A stretch of 63,500 nucleotides of DNA from an uncultured Desulfobacteraceae bacterium. GTDB taxonomy: Bacteria > Desulfobacterota > Desulfobacteria > Desulfobacterales > UBA11574. Numbering within the stretch: the first letter of the stretch is position 1; the number at the start of each line of letters is the position of its first letter. The notes under the pieces were generated by a model. The model did no database searches and was not told the origin of the DNA. It worked only from the letters and a program-made list of their open reading frames with translations. The DNA lies in contig CAYPIW010000051.1 in NCBI GenBank assembly GCA_964410925.1, positions 1-63,500 on the forward strand, given 5' to 3'. A program made the position numbers and the translations under genes. This document shows, piece by piece, positions 58,148 to 63,500 of the stretch.

Positions 58148-60441
58148 TGTCCATGTCCGTCTGCCTTTTTCTCTCCATGAAGTAATAATCTTATTCTTTC
58201 GATTAATTCAGGATAGGAGTCTAAAGTGACATTCATATTTTCTACGTCAAAATGACTGACCTGAGTACTTAACTCATCTCCGAATCTCTTAAGAACCTCC
58301 AATGAATATTTTTCGCCCAATTCTTTCATCTGATGCCCGAACGCTGCGATATCATCAAAAAAAAGGTTTTTACGAGTCGATTCCCATAATTTCATATATT
58401 CGTTATCAAGGGTATCAATAACACCGGGCAGCTGTTCGATAACTTCAGGCGACAGCCTCACAACTTCTTGTGTTTTTTCATTTCTTTCCTTTTTTGAATA
58501 TTTAATAAACCGACTGACTTCCCGAAATAATTCTGACTGTTGTATGGGTTTGCTCAAGAACCCGTGAAAACCGCTGCGCAGGATTTGTTCTTTCTCTTCT
58601 TTCATTCCGAAAGCGGTTAAAGCGATGATGGGAATAGTCATTGTTTCCGCATCTCTGCGGATTAGTTTTGCTGCTTCATGTCCATCCATGCCCGGGAGTC
58701 TTATGTCCATTAAAATGATATCGGGCCTGTGCTCTTTGGCAAGAAGGATTGCTTTTTCACCATCTTCTGCTTCGATAATAGTGATATTTGTTTGCCAAAA
58801 ATATTCTTTTATTAATTCCCGGTTGATTTCAATATCATCCACAACCAAAATGAGCGACTTTTCAAAAATGATATCTTCACTGTCAAAAATGTCCTCTATT
58901 TCGGATTTAGCTTCTTCAGGGGCAATAGGTACATGAGGAAGAATTATTTCAAAGCGAGTGCCCTTATTCTCCTCACTTTGAAGAGAAATATATCCGCCCA
59001 TTATTTCAACCAATCGTTTTGTGATTGCCAGACCCAATCCAGTACCGCCGTATCGTTTGGTACTTTGACCATATCCCTGTTTGAAAGCCTCAAATATTTC
59101 ATCCCGGGATTCGGAAGGAATGCCGATCCCGGTATCCTCCAAAGCGATAATCAGATCCAAATGGTGCTGATCTTTTTTTATATCTTTTTTTTTGGCACTG
59201 ACCTTTATATATCCTTTTTCTGTAAACTTTATTGCATTGTCGATCAGGTTAAATAATATTTGCCTCAAACGCAATTCATCCAAAATTAAGTTTTTAGGAA
59301 TATCCTGAGCAATATCTACAATAAAATCAAGATCTTTTTCTAGTGCCGTCAAGGAAAAAATATGTTTGATTTCATTAAAAAATGAGTAAGGATCAACAGG
59401 CTCGCATTGAAGTTCTATCTTTCTGGCCTCAATTTTCGATAGATCGAGAATACTATTAATCAGCGTCAACAAACTTTTACCGCTGGATTGAATCGATTCA
59501 AGATAATTTTTCTGCCTTTTATCCGTGATCAAAGAATTGAGTAAGTCAGCGAAACCTAACACAGTATTCAAGGGGGTACGAATCTCATGGGACATGTTGG
59601 CCAGAAACTCGCTCTTTGCACGGTTCGCAGATTCAGCGGAATCTTTGGCCGCAAGCAATTCCTTGTTAACCTGATGAAGTTCGGCGGTACGAAGGGTTAC
59701 CTGTTCTTCCAGGTGCTCTCTATTCTGCTTCAGCTCATTATCGCGAGACTGAATCCGGGCCAACATCTCATTGAAACCGTCAATAAGGATTCCAATTTCA
59801 TCCTGGCTGTGCTTTTCTGCCCGGACGGAGAAATCTTTTTCTTTTGAAATGGTTCTGGCGGTTTCCGTCAAGCTCAAAATCGGCTCGGAAATAACGCGCT
59901 GGAGCCAGGATGACAATATCCAGGCGATAAAAAAAGCAACCAATACAATAACAGCAAAGATAGCGGCGGACTGTATCATTTCAATATTCATCCTGCTCAA
60001 ATCATATTGAATGCAGACTGTCCCGATAATATCATTTTCAAAAAGGATTTTTTGAAACATAAACAAATAATTCCCCTCATAGTAGTGGCCTTCTTTCTGA
60101 AGATCAGGGGGAACCATTTCTTTGTCAGCGTCCTGGCGATGATATGTGGCAAAGACTTTCCCGTTATTATCATAAATACAGGCAAAGAAGATATCCGGTT
60201 TGGCGCGCAGTGCTGCCAGATTCTTCTCAGCCGTTCGTTTATCAAAGAAAACCAGCGCTCCCTCACTATTTAGCCCGATCACCTGCGCTAAACTGGAAAG
60301 ATCATGGCGCAGGGCTTTCCGAGATGTGGTGACATCTTTAAAAATAAAGGCTATGGAAGCAAACAGTATGGTAATACCGCTGGTGAGCATAATAATTGTT
60401 TTTAGCTTCCATTTAATGGAAAGGTTTTGGAAGGCGCCCAT
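58144..60441 (-). CDS. Hybrid sensor kinase: TM-CHASE8-TM-HAMP-HisKA-HATPase-REC plus helical tail
   Basis: GLNSEGALVFFD periplasmic domain, DEIGILIDGFNEML HAMP, FLANMSHEIRTPL, DTGIGI, GGTGLG, LMDIRLP. Confidence 0.92.
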   Translation of the reverse strand: MGAFQNLSIKWKLKTIIMLTSGITILFASIAFIFKDVTTSRKALRHDLSSLAQVIGLNSEGALVFFDKRTAEKNLAALRAKPDIFFACIYDNNGKVFATYHRQDADKEMVPPDLQKEGHYYEGNYLFMFQKILFENDIIGTVCIQYDLSRMNIEMIQSAAIFAVIVLVAFFIAWILSSWLQRVISEPILSLTETARTISKEKDFSVRAEKHSQDEIGILIDGFNEMLARIQSRDNELKQNREHLEEQVTLRTAELHQVNKELLAAKDSAESANRAKSEFLANMSHEIRTPLNTVLGFADLLNSLITDKRQKNYLESIQSSGKSLLTLINSILDLSKIEARKIELQCEPVDPYSFFNEIKHIFSLTALEKDLDFIVDIAQDIPKNLILDELRLRQILFNLIDNAIKFTEKGYIKVSAKKKDIKKDQHHLDLIIALEDTGIGIPSESRDEIFEAFKQGYGQSTKRYGGTGLGLAITKRLVEIMGGYISLQSEENKGTRFEIILPHVPIAPEEAKSEIEDIFDSEDIIFEKSLILVVDDIEINRELIKEYFWQTNITIIEAEDGEKAILLAKEHRPDIILMDIRLPGMDGHEAAKLIRRDAETMTIPIIALTAFGMKEEKEQILRSGFHGFLSKPIQQSELFREVSRFIKYSKKERNEKTQEVVRLSPEVIEQLPGVIDTLDNEYMKLWESTRKNLFFDDIAAFGHQMKELGEKYSLEVLKRFGDELSTQVSHFDVENMNVTLDSYPELIERIRLLLHGEKKADGHGQ

Positions 60442-60442
60442 C

Positions 60443-61039
60443 TTATTCCTGTCCTCCTTTAACAATTTCAGCTGACATAAGAATTTGTGAGCTTAATTTC
60501 AATCCCGCCTTCCTGGCGGCATCGACGTTGACTTCAAAACGGAGCCGTTTTTGTTCCATAAAAAAATTGATGATTCCCCCCATTTGAGCAAAGCCGTCTA
60601 TTTCTCCCACGGTTAATATGTTTCGATTTTTTAAATCAATTAATTTTTGCTGAATGAATGCCTTGTCCTCTGTTCCAAAGAAAAAAATGTTACACCCTTC
60701 GGTGCCATGGTCATCTTCATATTTTCTTACTTCTATTTTTTTTCCGCTGACGATCTTATCGTTAAGGTCAAAAAGAATATCGCTTAAAGGATTATTCGAG
60801 GCAAAACAGAGGACAATAACGTTATTGTTATTCACAAACGCGTCGGGCGGCCACTCAACAAATTTTGCAAAATTATAAATAAAGCCGGCCTTAACGTGAT
60901 ATTCCAAACCGGAAAGAGTTTCCGTGTGGGCGTATTTAGCGACGAGCATCATCAGGCAACACACGATCATGGCGACGTGTCGGCCGATATTTCCCCCCGC
61001 TTTAGTTTTTTGAAGCCTGTCTTTCATGCAGCATTTCAT
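60443..61039 (-). CDS. yfiR: YfiR family (DUF4154) periplasmic protein
   Basis: EYHVKAGFIYNFAKFVEWP, LTVGE, GGIINF, RFEVN, GLKLSSQIL. Confidence 0.88.
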   Translation of the reverse strand: MKCCMKDRLQKTKAGGNIGRHVAMIVCCLMMLVAKYAHTETLSGLEYHVKAGFIYNFAKFVEWPPDAFVNNNNVIVLCFASNNPLSDILFDLNDKIVSGKKIEVRKYEDDHGTEGCNIFFFGTEDKAFIQQKLIDLKNRNILTVGEIDGFAQMGGIINFFMEQKRLRFEVNVDAARKAGLKLSSQILMSAEIVKGGQE

Positions 61040-63118
61040 TCAGAAACTCCACACCAGTTTTCCATAAACACTGCGCTCGATTTCAAGGGAAGAATACTCG
61101 GAGTGTCCCTTCTCAAAAAGATTCTGTCCCACAATCGAAAGTTCTATATTTTGGATGGGCCTCCATGCCAGTCGAGCATCTAAAGTTGTATAATCGTCAA
61201 CATTTATTTCAGAGAGGCGGCCGACATAGCGAAGCCACAAGTCGAAATCGATCTGTTTTGTTATATCGAACAAGGAGCGTACGGAAAATTGATTTCGGGG
61301 ATTGCTTCTCATAAAGAAATATTCTGAGAAATCATTGGCTCCGGTATCGTCTCCGTGTATTTTAGCATGCAGGTAAGTATAAGACGCCATCAGACGCCAC
61401 TGCCGAATAACCTGCCAGTCCGCCGCCATCTCGAGTCCGTAGGCTTCACCGGTTAAATTGTTGTCGTATGTTAGCGGGATGATATAGTGTGGAAGGGGGT
61501 CGTTTACCAAATACGGATCACCTGATTTAAGTCCGATTACCTTATCATAATCATTATAAAATATAGTCGTATTCAACCACAGGGAGTTCATTGGCTGTAC
61601 ACGGTAACCGAGTTCATAGGCGATGAGTTCTTCCGAAGCCAAATTATTGTTACCAAGGGTGACGATTACCTCCGGATCACGACTAGGGTCTCGAATCACC
61701 ACAGCTTCATTGGTCCTCACGTCGTTTTCGAGTCGGGAAGGCATTCTCACGGCCCGTGATATCGCCCCCCAGAGGGCATGTCGCCTTTCAGGAGTATATA
61801 AAATCCTGAGACTGGGCTGAACCTCAAGACCGGTGAAATCATTATGCTCGAACTTCGATCCAACGATCAGGGTTAACCGATCCGGCGTAAGTTGTATTTC
61901 ATCCTGGACAAACACACTGAACAGGTCCTGATTAAGACGATCCGGATCCATTTCGATTTCAAAGCTATCGTCGAACTTGTCCGAAATGAACCGATATCCC
62001 AGCCCCCAGACAACATCATGTTGCTCAAACAGGTTGAAGCGATGCTGAAAATCAAGGTCAAAGGTATTTACGCGACCACTGCTCGGATCATAATCTTTCT
62101 CGGCATGATCATAATAAAATTGCAGGACAGTATCGGAGGTTGTGGAAATTTTATGCTGCCATCGGCCCAGCAGGTGCCCACCGAAAGCCTTGGAAGTATC
62201 CCTTTCCAGAATGGAAAAGGGCGGTGTGAGGGACACGCGATCAATCTTCGTCTTATACTCGTTTTTATAGGCCTCACCTTGCAATGTAAGGGAATTCGTC
62301 GGATCCATTGCGGGTAATTTTCCCGGCTCCCAGTCGATTCGAAATCCACCGCGACCCGATTGCCAGTCACTGGTCGGCTGGACATCCGTATCATCCTCAA
62401 CGATTCCGGCAAGCCGACCTCTGTTGAAGTACTTTACATAGGTCCGATAATGTATCTCCTCACCTGAGGCGCCTCCGTATCGAATGCTTCCGATTCCTTC
62501 TTCATCTCCACCCAGAGCGCTGATTTGCCATCCCTGGGTCTTCTTTGCTTGTTTGGTAATGATGTTAATGACCCCGTTTACGGCATTTACACCCCACAGG
62601 GTTGCCCCGGGCCCACGAATCACTTCGATACGGTCAATGTCTTCCAAAACCGTATCCTGCACATCCCAAAGCACGCCGGAAAAGACGGGCGTATAGACAC
62701 TGCGACCATCGATCAGCACGAGAAGATTGTTGGCGAATCGATCATTCAAGCCACGGATATTGATCGCCCAGTCAGTTGATGTGATTTGGGCCACATGAAC
62801 GCCCGGAGCCAGACGCAGTGCCTCGGGAATACTGGTGGCCCCGGATCGCCGGATGTCTTCTTGGGTAATCACAAAGACGGCCGCCGCCACCTCGGAAAGT
62901 TTTTCCGGCTTTTTCGAAACCGAGATAATTTCAATATTCTTGAGTTCTTCAAAAGTGAACCTGGTAAAATCGTGCAAAATGTTCCCTGCCGGATTTCCAT
63001 CTTTCCCATGACAATCCGGTACGCGTGGATCCATTGCCAATATACACATTAAAAGGACGGCACCCTTTAAGATCCGGGTCCATGGGACGGGAATGCGAAT
63101 CCTAACAATGTCTTTCAT
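61040..63118 (-). CDS. TonB-dependent receptor
   Basis: Plug domain SVSKKPE..AAVFVITQEDIRRSG, LIDGRSVY, RIEVIRGPGATLWG..GVINIIT; C-terminal WSF. Start uncertain (63118 or 63157). Confidence 0.93.
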   Translation of the reverse strand: MKDIVRIRIPVPWTRILKGAVLLMCILAMDPRVPDCHGKDGNPAGNILHDFTRFTFEELKNIEIISVSKKPEKLSEVAAAVFVITQEDIRRSGATSIPEALRLAPGVHVAQITSTDWAINIRGLNDRFANNLLVLIDGRSVYTPVFSGVLWDVQDTVLEDIDRIEVIRGPGATLWGVNAVNGVINIITKQAKKTQGWQISALGGDEEGIGSIRYGGASGEEIHYRTYVKYFNRGRLAGIVEDDTDVQPTSDWQSGRGGFRIDWEPGKLPAMDPTNSLTLQGEAYKNEYKTKIDRVSLTPPFSILERDTSKAFGGHLLGRWQHKISTTSDTVLQFYYDHAEKDYDPSSGRVNTFDLDFQHRFNLFEQHDVVWGLGYRFISDKFDDSFEIEMDPDRLNQDLFSVFVQDEIQLTPDRLTLIVGSKFEHNDFTGLEVQPSLRILYTPERRHALWGAISRAVRMPSRLENDVRTNEAVVIRDPSRDPEVIVTLGNNNLASEELIAYELGYRVQPMNSLWLNTTIFYNDYDKVIGLKSGDPYLVNDPLPHYIIPLTYDNNLTGEAYGLEMAADWQVIRQWRLMASYTYLHAKIHGDDTGANDFSEYFFMRSNPRNQFSVRSLFDITKQIDFDLWLRYVGRLSEINVDDYTTLDARLAWRPIQNIELSIVGQNLFEKGHSEYSSLEIERSVYGKLVWSF

Positions 63119-63335
63119 CTGTTTTTCCTTTTTTTTACCCGGAAATCTGCATACCAATATGTTATATATGCCTTAAAAGGTAAAGCCTGACTGCCCATTA
63201 AATTTCGCGCTTTTTCGATAATTATGTGTGAGCTGTGACAAACGACCGAACAATAGAGTTTGCAGGTGGGGTGATTAAAATTGCCCATAGTATGGCTTTA
63301 AAAAATATCCCATATTTATTCGTTCCCGTATACCT

Positions 63336-63439
63336 GGTGTCAGGTTTCAGGTGTCAGGTTTCAGGTGTCAGGTTTCAGGTGTCAGGTTTCAGGTGTCAGG
63401 TTTCAGCGCCTCTGTTCATCATTCCTGACACCTGAAACC
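63336..63439. repeat. Tandem array of 5 x GGTGTCAGGTTTCA with a short inverted arm
   Basis: Five perfect 14-mers at 63336-63405, then CCTGACACCTGAAACC at 63424-63439; same heptamers as inside MITE family A. Confidence 0.9.
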
Positions 63440-63500
63440 TTAGGATATGGAACAAAAATTGGATTAAAATTCCATCTGTATACATGGCGATTTTCACCAC

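Noticed and set aside
63336-63439. Tandem array as a CRISPR, or ORF 63235-63435 as a gene
   Set aside because: The repeats are contiguous 14-mers with no spacers and no cas genes nearby; the ORF is just the translated repeat (SGFRCQV).
1-63500. Selenocysteine read-through, GEMM (c-di-GMP/cGAMP) or ydaO riboswitches, tRNA and rRNA genes
   Set aside because: Looked for by eye in the redox genes and intergenic regions and none was recognised; a covariance-model scan would be needed to exclude them.

Overview
Gene-dense window, probably from an anaerobic deltaproteobacterium (Desulfobacterales-like; inferred from gene content and repeat style). I recognised no rRNA, tRNA, CRISPR array or intact transposase. 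From left to right it holds: a truncated 2Fe-2S/ASKHA (RACo-type) activator; an IS91-like remnant; an APH-kinase/HAD pair; an RND efflux operon; an AI-2E transporter; a P2A ATPase behind a yybP-ykoY (Mn2+) riboswitch; TauE, GAF, L,D-transpeptidase and repeat-surface-protein genes; glnE; a PLP decarboxylase-TraB-pyk-phosphoesterase run; a cooS/PerR-like/gltA/rubredoxin/thioredoxin-reductase block; nhaA; a 2-oxoacid:ferredoxin oxidoreductase; a sigma54 regulatory cascade; a fused TIGR04282/04283 glycosyltransferase; and an RCK_C-rich SLC13 permease. It ends in a TonB receptor-YfiR-CHASE8 kinase-REC/GGDEF-khtT-khtU run. Best candidate for an undescribed system: that GGDEF keeps its catalytic residues but has replaced four residues linked to guanine recognition (including the Hypr Asp-to-Ser signature) and lacks the I-site. 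It lies directly upstream of a KhtTU K+/H+ antiporter, whose Bacillus homologue is c-di-AMP-gated, which suggests a non-c-di-GMP dinucleotide signalling circuit. Also notable: three copies of a ~280-bp sigma54 promoter cassette ending in micro-ORFs, a PerR-type box on the cooS promoter, a glucokinase remnant and several nested MITE/heptamer repeats. All family calls come from motif recognition by eye, not database searches.
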